Source of the DNA: Thermoplasmatota archaeon | Lineage (GTDB): Archaea; Thermoplasmatota; Thermoplasmata; UBA10834 | Assembly (NCBI GenBank): GCA_030836605.1 | Contig: JAUPMC010000091.1 | Span: 1-33,590 of the forward strand | DNA length: 33,590 nucleotides | Direction of reading: 5' to 3' | Part shown: positions 27,401 through 33,590 of the stretch, piece after piece | How the letters are laid out: each line of letters starts with the position of its first letter | How positions within the stretch are numbered: the stretch's first letter is position 1 | The notes under the pieces: generated by a model | The model's input: only the letters and a program-made list of their open reading frames with translations | The model's database searches: none | What the model was told of the DNA's origin: nothing | Made by a program: the position numbers and the translations under genes

Positions 27401-28021
27401 GCGGTCGCGGGCAACAACACCGCGACCGTGACGGTCGCGTCCACGACCCAGTCCTCCGCGAGGGCGACCGTGAAGCTCGTCGTCGAGGTCCAGACCATGA
27501 GGTCGGTCTCGGTCGAGAGCCTCAACACATCCGCGTCGACATCGTCCAACCGCACGATGACGAAGTTCCTGCTCAACAACACTGGCAACGCCGAGGACGA
27601 CTTCTTCGTGAGCGTCTCGAACACGGACGCCCTGAACGCGTCCGGCTGGTCCGCGAGGATAATGGACCCAGAGACCGGGGACTCGGTCAAGAACCTGACC
27701 CTGGCAGCCTTCGCGTCGAAGGAGCTCGCGGTGGAGTTCACGGCGATGAGGACGACCCCCGACCCGAAGGTCGAGGCGACGGTCCTCGCGTACTCGTCAA
27801 TCGACGCCTCGGTGAGCGGATACGGTGCGGTGCCGGTGATGGTGGCCGATGTGGTGATAGGCCCAGGGGACTTGGACGTCGTAAGGGACGATGTCACCTA
27901 CGAATACGATGTCGGCCGCCTGTACCTGGACGTCGGCCTAGTGATCGCCCTCGTGGCGCTCGTCGCGATGTTCTTCATCCTCAGGAAGCGCAAAGGCCTC
28001 GGCGGAGGTGGCAAGAGATGA
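21416..28021 (+). CDS. aglB: Dolichyl-phosphooligosaccharide-protein glycotransferase AglB/STT3 fused to a very long extracellular beta-sandwich repeat region and a C-terminal TM anchor (2201 aa)
   Basis: The polytopic N-terminal region contains acidic loop motifs (GGSDSYYWRR, SNADHDA). The STT3 signature WWDYG is at 23249-23263 (residues 612-616), and FKVVYRT is near residue 873. About 11 CarboxypepD_reg/PEGA-like repeats follow, then two CARDB/NEW3-like domains, then the TM helix LYLDVGLVIALVALVAMFFIL plus RKRKGLGGGGKR. The start could be ATG 21515 (MRANGSALLML...). Confidence 0.9.
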   Translation: MELSLAEARDSPARSFVPKLLRGGEGPSELGKWMRANGSALLMLTFMFLLALFIRSYFAYEMSAENDYLVSGGSDSYYWRRIIDFHVDTGESLFWDPLLNYPDSLINPRPPFFSMSVAVPAVLLEGLFESVDDSVGFFFVWSTAFWGALTVVPVYFLGKEAFGRRVGLAAALFFAIIPAHVQRSVLSNADHDAIILFLIVTIFYFLLKSIRLQEHKKWVEKWSWKERKAVAAGLKGYFAGSRTPMLYALMAGTAYAALMMTWVGFAYVTVIILVYYIVQLFINMFRYQDSMSITMIMLVMFGFGSLMAFPYYANYSLTFGGVDSFFDDRFLVPLYLTLGGLFFGSMFVVTRDYPWTISIPAIAGVSCAVVGALSLFYPWLIESVISGQGYFSSSKLYSTIAEARAPQFSELALSFGMVTFFMSLAGLIYAMVRIPKRTGAEYIFMVVWLAVSIFMAISAGRFMFNAAPAFAISAAWVFVIIIDGLDFNSVRRAMAGASGSVFAVFRKSVKIRHIVGVLFLGFLVLLPNVWYSVDAGIPSETKRSYDKDIYFTMPSFMRPGDYDEFNGSNWYLGAFGYSLPLPSYYYPAAWDWFAEQDSDVYPVSSRPAYVAWWDYGFEAIAEGEHPTVADNFQNGYQFTGNVIMAQSEEDAIALFTYRLVQTSLGLGGETESNVMALMDAYGVDTERVYEIVNGDGQPIIDEVLSDPDVYGPMSSDLTAPNARIVAGRVELAKVGIDSLVGMYDAICDITGLEIRYFNVDSRMFPISAYSTGIFYAPAKLSDRRLDGSTPTDFFRVVAVDANDIQYELDELTSDMNIVSYEIIYEDMFYDSMFYRAVAGVSGSDLGTTNGGLPGVSGSVQKVSAMPAWNLTHFKVVYRTAYYNPYPYAEVSLHSDEWRAISYAEALELNTKINSGEATGVVDYSASSLYQSGTVFLKYYHGAYVNGTVTTENGFPAGGLWVTVQDEYGIPHQQVKTDAEGKYHILAPFGNVTIVISDGDALNQALVGKNVVTRIKFNVTDDQAMRVKQDLDADGVLDYIITKDYVMTDSSIFGDLYWDNDYEGNFTVETDDLITEGTVYAVDTSSGITYEFDGTGGSFSGPIPPGQYDVYALALGANTTIGEAVNISSGSEVQLDLAVQPAALSGYILNPDNSPAIGIEVVMDDAWSDVVFTAYSEYDGGYQFDQILPGDYVLTTTEEGKMLFGATIGVDPGDNVQRNFTLWNKCSVDIRVTVDGVPAAYSAYEVRDDFGMDEVVSGITDKYGWVREDIPSGVYTLHAVYSSGSGIWSGQMPLDLSDATQLSGTLAVREAYSVSGTLKSQDSSVVGSEYVTFISESGARVSAVTDAAGAFKVLLPQGEYDVVAVSVSESGVYGSHISVNGDRTGYAITMSEGVKMSGYLYKDANGDLVASTDERARYANIRVTDSDGVVYTSKSGSTSWFSLVLPEGETVTLSLSESGYTSWSSEVQHGGDVLAADLLVPADDVEVAGFLTSGGSGVSGVTISFIPDNSALETVEAVSGAYGSYSVELVPSTYTVKVDQELENTPGAWYQSESSLVVAPSGSVQPLDIESVLRMFVQGVVLGAAGDIELKFSGPEQVPLDLGSSLTYSVYLMPGTYSVYATGMTGPVPYAALEQIEVSPTSAEHDIQLERAYRLSGYISVDGSTPDDPVTVIVTSDEGVQMMNTSMRSGYYNMVLPRGDYAVMFLLEGVENDADGGRYVEYWSEAMVTIGSDDVTADQALSTRLDNATVEGTVVDEDGDPITAIVEMFPNGDYGMYASFLTSSSGEFSAEVQPGDYTVYVTRSVDMRVSVSGLEVVRNSGASSDIQLSVGQYLEGRLTVAGAPSTETVTASGADGTVLTVIPSIDGYFQFLLPSGNHTVAASAVRSEGGLDVSYSLSKTVSLGGSSVYVDFTLLRDTRRYVEATWDETRAVTLVPGQTVSYVIAIENTGNIADTYKLTYTGTDFEEVFEPSEVWIDFGTNGNTAYVVADLTVTDTAVAGNNTATVTVASTTQSSARATVKLVVEVQTMRSVSVESLNTSASTSSNRTMTKFLLNNTGNAEDDFFVSVSNTDALNASGWSARIMDPETGDSVKNLTLAAFASKELAVEFTAMRTTPDPKVEATVLAYSSIDASVSGYGAVPVMVADVVIGPGDLDVVRDDVTYEYDVGRLYLDVGLVIALVALVAMFFILRKRKGLGGGGKR

Positions 28022-28806
28022 GCCCGCGCCGCCCGACGGCCCTGCTGGTCCTGTTCGCCATGATGGTCGGCTTCACAGGGGCGTCCCTCCTGGGAGTGTC
28101 GGAGCCAGCGTCGGCCTACACGCCAGTCGAGGTGACCCTCGAGGTGCCCTCGTTCGCGGGCACGCTCGAGTCGGTCAAGTGCCAGCTCACGGTGACCGGA
28201 GGCCCCGCCGTGGATTACGGGACCAACTACACCTACAAGGCCGAGATCGTCGCCGACAACAAGACGGGCTCGTCCGTGTCGCCTTCCACTGGCTCGTCGG
28301 CCAGCGGCAAGTTCAACATCACGGTCACGATGCCAGGCGAGGCCCAGGACATCAAGGTCAGGATCAACGCGACCTCGAAGGCCGAGGACTCGGACGACAA
28401 CGTCTACAAGGTCAGGGAGTTCGAGATCAAGGTGGTCTCCCCGATCGTCATAACTGCGACCGTGCACAACCCGGGGGATGTGGACGCGACTGACGTCACC
28501 GCGACGTTCTACGCTGACGGCATCCTGCTGGGGGAGCGCGAGTTCGACGTCCCGGCGGGCGAGAGCGTCGACCTGGTGTACAACTGGACATGGGCCAACA
28601 TCGATGAGGGGGAGCATGTCGTCACGGTGGTCGTCGACGACGAGGACGGGCTCGTGGAGTTCAGCGACGGGAACAATGTGTACTCTATGACGATATACGT
28701 GGGCTCCCAGGGCAACCCGGTCGGGGCGGTGCTCACCGTGGGCGTGATAATCATGAGCGTGCTCGTGGCGCTGATGGTACTCGCGAAGCCGCAGAGGAAG
28801 AAGTGA
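28018..28806 (+). CDS. Secreted/anchored CARDB-domain surface protein (signal peptide, beta-sandwich domains, C-terminal TM plus basic tail)
   Basis: ATG 28018 overlaps the aglB stop (ATGA). The signal-like N-terminus is MSPRRPTALLVLFAMMVGFTGASLLGVSEPASA. The CARDB pattern is VHNPGDVDATDVTATFYADGILLGEREFDVPAGESVDLVYNWTW...GEHVVTVVVDDEDGLVEFSDGNN. The C-terminus is VLTVGVIIMSVLVALMVLAKPQRKK. Confidence 0.8.
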   Translation: MSPRRPTALLVLFAMMVGFTGASLLGVSEPASAYTPVEVTLEVPSFAGTLESVKCQLTVTGGPAVDYGTNYTYKAEIVADNKTGSSVSPSTGSSASGKFNITVTMPGEAQDIKVRINATSKAEDSDDNVYKVREFEIKVVSPIVITATVHNPGDVDATDVTATFYADGILLGEREFDVPAGESVDLVYNWTWANIDEGEHVVTVVVDDEDGLVEFSDGNNVYSMTIYVGSQGNPVGAVLTVGVIIMSVLVALMVLAKPQRKK

Positions 28807-28868
28807 GCCGACCCAGGCGCTGGGATAACCTGAAATATCCATAGTCTCTTATCCGCATACCCATAGGA

Positions 28869-29204
28869 GTGACTGTATTGTCAGAGGACATCGTGGAGGT
28901 CTCGGACGACAACTTCGCGTCCGTCGTCAAGGGCTCGGGGAAGCTGATCATAGACTGCTGGGCGCCATGGTGCGGCCCGTGCAGGATGCTCGCGCCGACG
29001 TTCGAGGCGCTGGCCAAGGACTACAAGGGCAAGGTCACATTCGCGAAGATGGACACCGACAAGAGCGCCAAGACCGCGATGTCCCTGGGGATAAACAGCA
29101 TCCCGACGCTGATATTCTTCAACGGCGGGCAGCAGGTCGAGCGCGTGACCGGCGTCCGCCCCAGGGCGGACATCGAGAACACGATGAAGAGGGTCTTCAA
29201 GTAG
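28869..29204 (+). CDS. trxA: Thioredoxin
   Basis: The active site WAPWCGPCRML is present, along with a Trx-fold length and GINSIPTLIFF. TTG 28878, 8 nt after AGGAG, is an equally plausible start. Confidence 0.9.
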   Translation: MTVLSEDIVEVSDDNFASVVKGSGKLIIDCWAPWCGPCRMLAPTFEALAKDYKGKVTFAKMDTDKSAKTAMSLGINSIPTLIFFNGGQQVERVTGVRPRADIENTMKRVFK

Positions 29205-29207
29205 GGC

Positions 29208-29825
29208 TCAGAGCTTCTTGAGGAGCTCCTCGAGCTTCCCCTGGAGGTTCATCGCGCTCGCGGCCACGGCGACCTCGCCGCGCGTCTTCTCGAGCAGGCT
29301 CCTCGCGATGTCCTGCTTCCTCCTGACCGCGACGATCGCGTCCGGGTAGTCGAACCGCATGAGCGCGGTGTAGATGTCCTCCATGCGGTCCAGGAAGTAG
29401 TTCGCCCGCATCACGTTCCCCCGCTTCAGCTCGTCTAGGGAGAACCTCCGCAGCTCGCCGACCGTGTCGCCCAGCCCGAGGAGGTACGGCACGCTCTCGA
29501 CGCCCAGGTCCTCCGGGGACGGCACATCGTCCTTCTCCAGTATCGAGAGCATGATTCCGACCTCAGAGTACTCCTGGAAGGCGCTCTCCACGTATCCCGC
29601 GGACGCCAGGTCCGGGTGGTCCGCGAGGAGGCTCGACAGCCTGGAGGTCTCGTCCTTCAGGTCGTCCAGCAGCTCGTCGAACTCCTCCTCCCTGTGGAGG
29701 CACTTCAGCACGGTCCCCGAGAGCCTGACGACGGCCCTGGATGACTTCAACGCGACCTCCCTGATCTGGTCCTTCTCGTCCAGCTCCTCCTCTATCTTGG
29801 AGACGACCTTGTCCAGGTTCATCAT
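29208..29825 (-). CDS. Translin-family protein
   Basis: This is an all-helical protein of about 205 aa. It contains the translin-like segment AFQEYSEVG...VPYLLGLGDTVGELRRFSLDELKRGN...MEDIYTALMRFDYPD...RRKQDIARS. Its ATG overlaps the purD stop (ATGATGA). Confidence 0.7.
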   Translation of the reverse strand: MMNLDKVVSKIEEELDEKDQIREVALKSSRAVVRLSGTVLKCLHREEEFDELLDDLKDETSRLSSLLADHPDLASAGYVESAFQEYSEVGIMLSILEKDDVPSPEDLGVESVPYLLGLGDTVGELRRFSLDELKRGNVMRANYFLDRMEDIYTALMRFDYPDAIVAVRRKQDIARSLLEKTRGEVAVAASAMNLQGKLEELLKKL

Positions 29826-31159
29826 GCGCTCAGACCCCTTATCTCGTTCATACGCGCGACCTTCCTGTCGAGGAAGTCCTTCCTGCCTATGTCGTGCCTG
29901 ACGAAGACCTTGCCGGTCACATGCTGGACGCCGTCCTCAGCGATTCGCTCGGCCTCCTCGATGTTGCCCGCGAGGCCGACGACCCCGACCGAGCGGGACG
30001 TCGTCGTGAACACCCTGCCGTCCTTCTCGTTGACGTTGGCGTAGTAGAGGATGGCCCCCGCGGCCTCAATGGCCTCCTCGTCCACCCTGATCTCCTCGCC
30101 CGAGAGGGGTGTCGAGCCGTATCCCTGGGGCACCACGTACTTGCACACGGAGGCCTTGCTGGCGAACCTCACCTCCTTCTTGGACAGGTCCCCGGCGGCG
30201 ATGCCCTCGCAGATCGCCCCGAAGTCGCTCTCGAGGAGCGACAGGACGTTCATGGCCTCGGGGTCGCCGAACCTGGCGTTGAACTCTATCACCTTCGGCC
30301 CGTCCTTCGTGAGCATGAACTGCCCGTAGAGCGGGCCTCGGTAGTCGGCCTCCTCCTTCTCGAGCGCGCGCACGGTGTCGGTCATGATGGAGACGGCCTC
30401 GTCGTAGTCGTGCCTGGACAGGAACGGCAGCAGTCCGTCCTCCTGCGAGTACGACCCCATCCCTCCCGTGTTCGGGCCCTGGTCGCCCTCGTACGCCCGC
30501 TTGTGGTCCTGGACCGCGGGCATGGGGACGACCCTCTTGCCGTCGCAGAACGCCTGTACAGTGAACTCCTCGCCCACGAGCTTCTCCTCGATGACGATGC
30601 TGGCCCCGCCTATCCTCTTGGAGATGATCTCGTCGGCGTACGTGATGATGTCCTGGCGGGTCATCAGGTGCTCGCCGAAGACCTTGACCCCCTTGCCGCC
30701 AGTGAGCCCGACGGGCTTCACGACTAGGTCGGTGCCGAAGCTGTCGAGCGCGGTGAGGACGTCCCTGACGGTGTCGGCCTTTGCGAACTTGACGGACCCC
30801 CGGACCCCGTGCTTCTTCATCAGGTTCCTCATGAAGCTCTTGGAGGTCTCGATCCTGGCCGCACCCTTTGTCGGGCCGGCCGTGGGGATCTCCGCGGCCT
30901 CGAGCCCGTCGACGAGCCCGGCCTCCAGCGGGGCCTCAGGGCCGACGATCGCCAGCTCCACGCTCTTCGCCCTGGCGAAATCCACGACCTTCTGCACGTC
31001 GGTCTCGTCGACCAGGGCGACCTCCTTGGCGAGCCTCGCGATGCCTGGGTTGCTGTTCTTCATGCAGACGAATACCTCTGCTCCAGACCTCGCGAGCGCG
31101 CGCACGATCGCGTGCTCACGCGCCCCTCCCCCTACGGCCAGCACTCTCATCTTATGCAA
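29822..31159 (-). CDS. purD: Phosphoribosylamine-glycine ligase
   Basis: MRVLAVGGGAREHAIVRAL is followed by ATP-grasp motifs (VVKPVGLTGGKGV, PKVIEFNARFGDPE). ATG 31159 is about 28 nt from a minus-strand TATA-like TTCATATGA (31183-31191). ATG 31150 is an alternative start. Confidence 0.95.
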   Translation of the reverse strand: MHKMRVLAVGGGAREHAIVRALARSGAEVFVCMKNSNPGIARLAKEVALVDETDVQKVVDFARAKSVELAIVGPEAPLEAGLVDGLEAAEIPTAGPTKGAARIETSKSFMRNLMKKHGVRGSVKFAKADTVRDVLTALDSFGTDLVVKPVGLTGGKGVKVFGEHLMTRQDIITYADEIISKRIGGASIVIEEKLVGEEFTVQAFCDGKRVVPMPAVQDHKRAYEGDQGPNTGGMGSYSQEDGLLPFLSRHDYDEAVSIMTDTVRALEKEEADYRGPLYGQFMLTKDGPKVIEFNARFGDPEAMNVLSLLESDFGAICEGIAAGDLSKKEVRFASKASVCKYVVPQGYGSTPLSGEEIRVDEEAIEAAGAILYYANVNEKDGRVFTTTSRSVGVVGLAGNIEEAERIAEDGVQHVTGKVFVRHDIGRKDFLDRKVARMNEIRGLSA

Positions 31160-31237
31160 CCTCCGAGTGCATCAGGCTCGGCTCATATGAACATTGCCAC
31201 ATCCTCGGTGCGTGGGCGCGGCCGAGCGGTCCAGCAA

Positions 31238-31248
31238 ACCATTTAAGA
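31238..31248 (+). promoter_or_regulatory. TATA box for gatDE (leaderless geometry)
   Basis: The element aaccATTTAAGAcgg is centred at about 31244, 28 nt upstream of ATG 31272. Confidence 0.4.
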
Positions 31249-31271
31249 CGGCTAACTCCTTCTACCGCCCG

Positions 31272-32561
31272 ATGACACACGCTGGCCTCGCCGCCGAGAT
31301 GCTCAAGGCAGCGGGCGCCGCCGTCGGCGACACGATCTCCGTCCAGCGGGGGGATGAGAAGCACACGGGCGTGCTCATGCCCCGCCACGAGTTCAGCGAC
31401 GAGGCCATCGTCACGCTCAAACTGTCCTCAGGGTACAACATCGGCATACGGGTGACCAAGGGATGCACCGTCTCCCTGGTCTCCAAGAAGGAGGTCAAGG
31501 ACCATGTCCGGAAGGCGATGCCCCGAGGCGATGGGAAGAAGGACGTGGCGGTCATAAGCACGGGCGGGACGATCGCGTCGTACGTGGATTATCGGACGGG
31601 CGCGGTCCACCCGGCGAAGTCCGCGGAGGAGCTCATCTTCTCGGTGCCGGAGCTGATGGACCTGTGCAATGTGCGGGCGAAGGTGCTCTACTCCATACTG
31701 AGCGAGAACATGACCGTGGCTCACTGGCAGGGGCTGGCGAGGGCGGTCGCGGAGGAGCTCAACTCCGGCGCCACAGGCGTCATCGTGCCCCACGGGACGG
31801 ACACGATGGGGTTCACGTCCGCGGCCCTGTCCTTCATGCTCAAGAACCTGACGGGCCCGGTCGTGTGCGTCGGCTCCCAGCGCTCGTCCGACCGCCCCTC
31901 ATCGGACGCGACCACGAACCTGCTCGCGGCCACGAGGCTGTGCGTCGGCTCGGACCTCGGCGAGGTGGTCGTGGTGATGCACGGCGAGCCCTCGGACACC
32001 TACTGCTCGGTCCACAGGGGCACCAAGGCCAGGAAGATGCACTCGTCGAGGCGGGACGCCTTCGCGAGCATGAACATCCACCCGATAGGCCGGGTCGAGG
32101 GACCCAGCGTCAAGCTCAACGGTCATTACGTGAAGCGGTCGGCGGGCCCGGTCGAGGTGAGGGACAAGATAGACGGCCGCGTGAGCCTCCAGTACTTCTA
32201 CCCGGGGTTCGAGGAGGACCACTTCGACATGATCGCGTCGCACGTGAAGGGCGTGGTCGTCGCGGGCACGGGCCTCGGCCATGTGTCCGAGCCCATCATC
32301 AGCTCGATACGGAAGGCCGTGAAGAACGGCGTGCACGTGGTCGTGACGACCCAGTGCCTGCAGGGCTCGGTCAACCTCAACGTCTATTCGACCGGCAGGG
32401 ACATGGTCGCCGCGGGCGCGCTCCCGGTCGGGGACATGCTCCCGGAGACGGCGTACGTGAAGCTCATGTGGGCGATGGGACAGACGGACGACTACGCGGA
32501 GGTCAACAAGATCATGCTCACGAACATCGCGGGCGAGCTGACCAAGGGGAGGGAGCTCTGA
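31272..32561 (+). CDS. gatD: Glutamyl-tRNA(Gln) amidotransferase subunit D
   Basis: The N-terminal AAVGDTISVQRGDEKHTGVLMP is followed by an asparaginase-like domain (VAVISTGGTIAS, VPHGTDTMGFT, VVVTTQC). I prefer ATG 31272 to the track's 31194 because of the TATA spacing and where homology begins. Confidence 0.9.
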   Translation: MTHAGLAAEMLKAAGAAVGDTISVQRGDEKHTGVLMPRHEFSDEAIVTLKLSSGYNIGIRVTKGCTVSLVSKKEVKDHVRKAMPRGDGKKDVAVISTGGTIASYVDYRTGAVHPAKSAEELIFSVPELMDLCNVRAKVLYSILSENMTVAHWQGLARAVAEELNSGATGVIVPHGTDTMGFTSAALSFMLKNLTGPVVCVGSQRSSDRPSSDATTNLLAATRLCVGSDLGEVVVVMHGEPSDTYCSVHRGTKARKMHSSRRDAFASMNIHPIGRVEGPSVKLNGHYVKRSAGPVEVRDKIDGRVSLQYFYPGFEEDHFDMIASHVKGVVVAGTGLGHVSEPIISSIRKAVKNGVHVVVTTQCLQGSVNLNVYSTGRDMVAAGALPVGDMLPETAYVKLMWAMGQTDDYAEVNKIMLTNIAGELTKGREL

Positions 32562-32562
32562 C

Positions 32563-33590
32563 TTGGACTACGGCACCCTCGGGCTGAAGATCGGCATAGA
32601 GATACACCAGCAGCTCTCCACGGGCAAGCTGTTCTGCGGCTGCGCGTCCGAGCTGGTGGACGAGCATCACAAGGAGATAGTCAGGTGGCTCCGGCCGACC
32701 CAGAGCGAGCTCGGGGAGATAGACAAGGCCGCGCTCGAGGAGGCCGAGAGGAAGCTCCAGTTCAGGTACCAGACGGTGCCGTGCTCGTGCCTGGTCGAGG
32801 CGGACGAGGAGCCTCCCCACGACGCAAACAAACTCGCGATCGAGGTGTCGCTGGAGATGGCCTCGCTGCTCCACATGCGCCCTGTCGACGAGATACACTT
32901 CATGCGCAAGATAGTCATAGACGGGTCCAACACTGGCGGGTTCCAGAGGACCGCGCTCATCGCGACGAAGGGCCATCTGGAGCTGGCGGGCAAGAGGTTC
33001 GGCATCGCCTCCGTGTGCCTCGAGGAGGACGCCGCGAGGAAGATGTCCGAGCACGGCTCGGAGGTCACGTACAGGCTCGACAGGCTGGGCATACCGCTCG
33101 TGGAGATCGCGACGGACCCCGACATGTCTACCCCGGAGGAGGCCCGCGCGGTCGCGGCGAGGATAGGCGCCCTCCTCAGGGCCACGAAGAAGGTCAGGCG
33201 GGGTATCGGCACCATCAGGGAGGACCTGAACATATCCATATCCGGGGGCGCCAGGGTGGAGATCAAGGGCGCCCAGGACCTGAAGCTCGTCCCGGTCTAC
33301 ATCGAGGAGGAGGTCAAGCGCCAGCTCGCGCTCCTGGAAATCAAGGACGTCCTGAGAGTGCGGGGCGCGAAGAAGGTCGCGCCCGAGGTCAAGGACCTGA
33401 CGGGGCTCTTGAGGGGCAAGTCGTGCCGCGTGTTCAGGTCGGCCATAGACGCGGGAGGAAGGATATTGTCGGTCAAGCTGCCGAAGTTCGCGGGCACGCT
33501 CGGGAGGACCGAGGCAGGCGTGAAGCGGCTCGGGGCGGAGATGGCGGCGCACGCGCGCGTGGCCGGCGTCAAAGGCCTCTTCCACTCGGA
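32563..33590 (+). CDS. gatE: Glutamyl-tRNA(Gln) amidotransferase subunit E (5' part; continues beyond the window)
   Basis: TTG 32563 is 1 nt after the gatD stop and is preceded by AGGGGAGGGA. Motifs: DYGTLGLKIGIEIHQQL...KLFCGC, CLVEADEEPPH, IDGSNTGGFQRTAL, LGIPLVEIAT. The frame is open to the window end, so it is not listed in the ORF track. Confidence 0.9.
   Translation, partial: MDYGTLGLKIGIEIHQQLSTGKLFCGCASELVDEHHKEIVRWLRPTQSELGEIDKAALEEAERKLQFRYQTVPCSCLVEADEEPPHDANKLAIEVSLEMASLLHMRPVDEIHFMRKIVIDGSNTGGFQRTALIATKGHLELAGKRFGIASVCLEEDAARKMSEHGSEVTYRLDRLGIPLVEIATDPDMSTPEEARAVAARIGALLRATKKVRRGIGTIREDLNISISGGARVEIKGAQDLKLVPVYIEEEVKRQLALLEIKDVLRVRGAKKVAPEVKDLTGLLRGKSCRVFRSAIDAGGRILSVKLPKFAGTLGRTEAGVKRLGAEMAAHARVAGVKGLFHS

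Noticed and set aside
31194-31271. An upstream extension of gatD (MPHPRCVGAAERSSKPFKTANSFYRP)
   Set aside because: It contains the TATA-like ATTTAAGA. GatD-like sequence begins at ATG 31272.

Overview
This is a GC-rich archaeal chromosomal segment made up mostly of housekeeping and informational genes. The unsplit rpoB, split rpoA'/A'', aEF-1beta, GatDE, PriL and AglB suggest a Thermoplasmata-like euryarchaeon, but that placement is inference only. Gene order, left to right: a degraded DDE-transposase remnant, a tandem-RHH protein followed by ftsZ, a divergent trmJ-like/truA pair, a Fap7-like kinase, a CDP-alcohol phosphatidyltransferase, a radical-SAM(HhH)-priL operon on the minus strand, a malic enzyme, a Zn-ribbon/aEF-1beta operon on the minus strand, a flavodoxin, and a tRNA-Lys(UUU). 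Next comes the RNA polymerase cluster rpoH-rpoB-rpoA'-rpoA''-rpl30e-nusA, then a second radical SAM gene, pyrF, a 2201-aa AglB/STT3 oligosaccharyltransferase fusion coupled to a CARDB surface protein, thioredoxin, a purD-translin operon on the minus strand, gatD and a partial gatE. I see no CRISPR array, no intact mobile element and no recognisable defence island. Four things deserve most attention. (1) The tRNA-Lys gene is interrupted by two non-canonical introns, one in the D-loop and one in the T-loop. (2) AglB carries a C-terminal extension of about 1260 aa made of roughly 11 beta-sandwich repeats, two CARDB/NEW3-like domains and a second membrane anchor, and its stop overlaps the start of a sequon-rich CARDB protein. 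(3) The RNA polymerase has lineage-specific additions: an HhH-like N-terminal module on A'' and a 4-Cys insertion in B. (4) Two genes have conserved N-termini that lie upstream of any ATG/GTG/TTG. The many long antisense ORFs in the six-frame track are high-GC artefacts. All functional calls come from motif recognition by eye, since no database search was possible.
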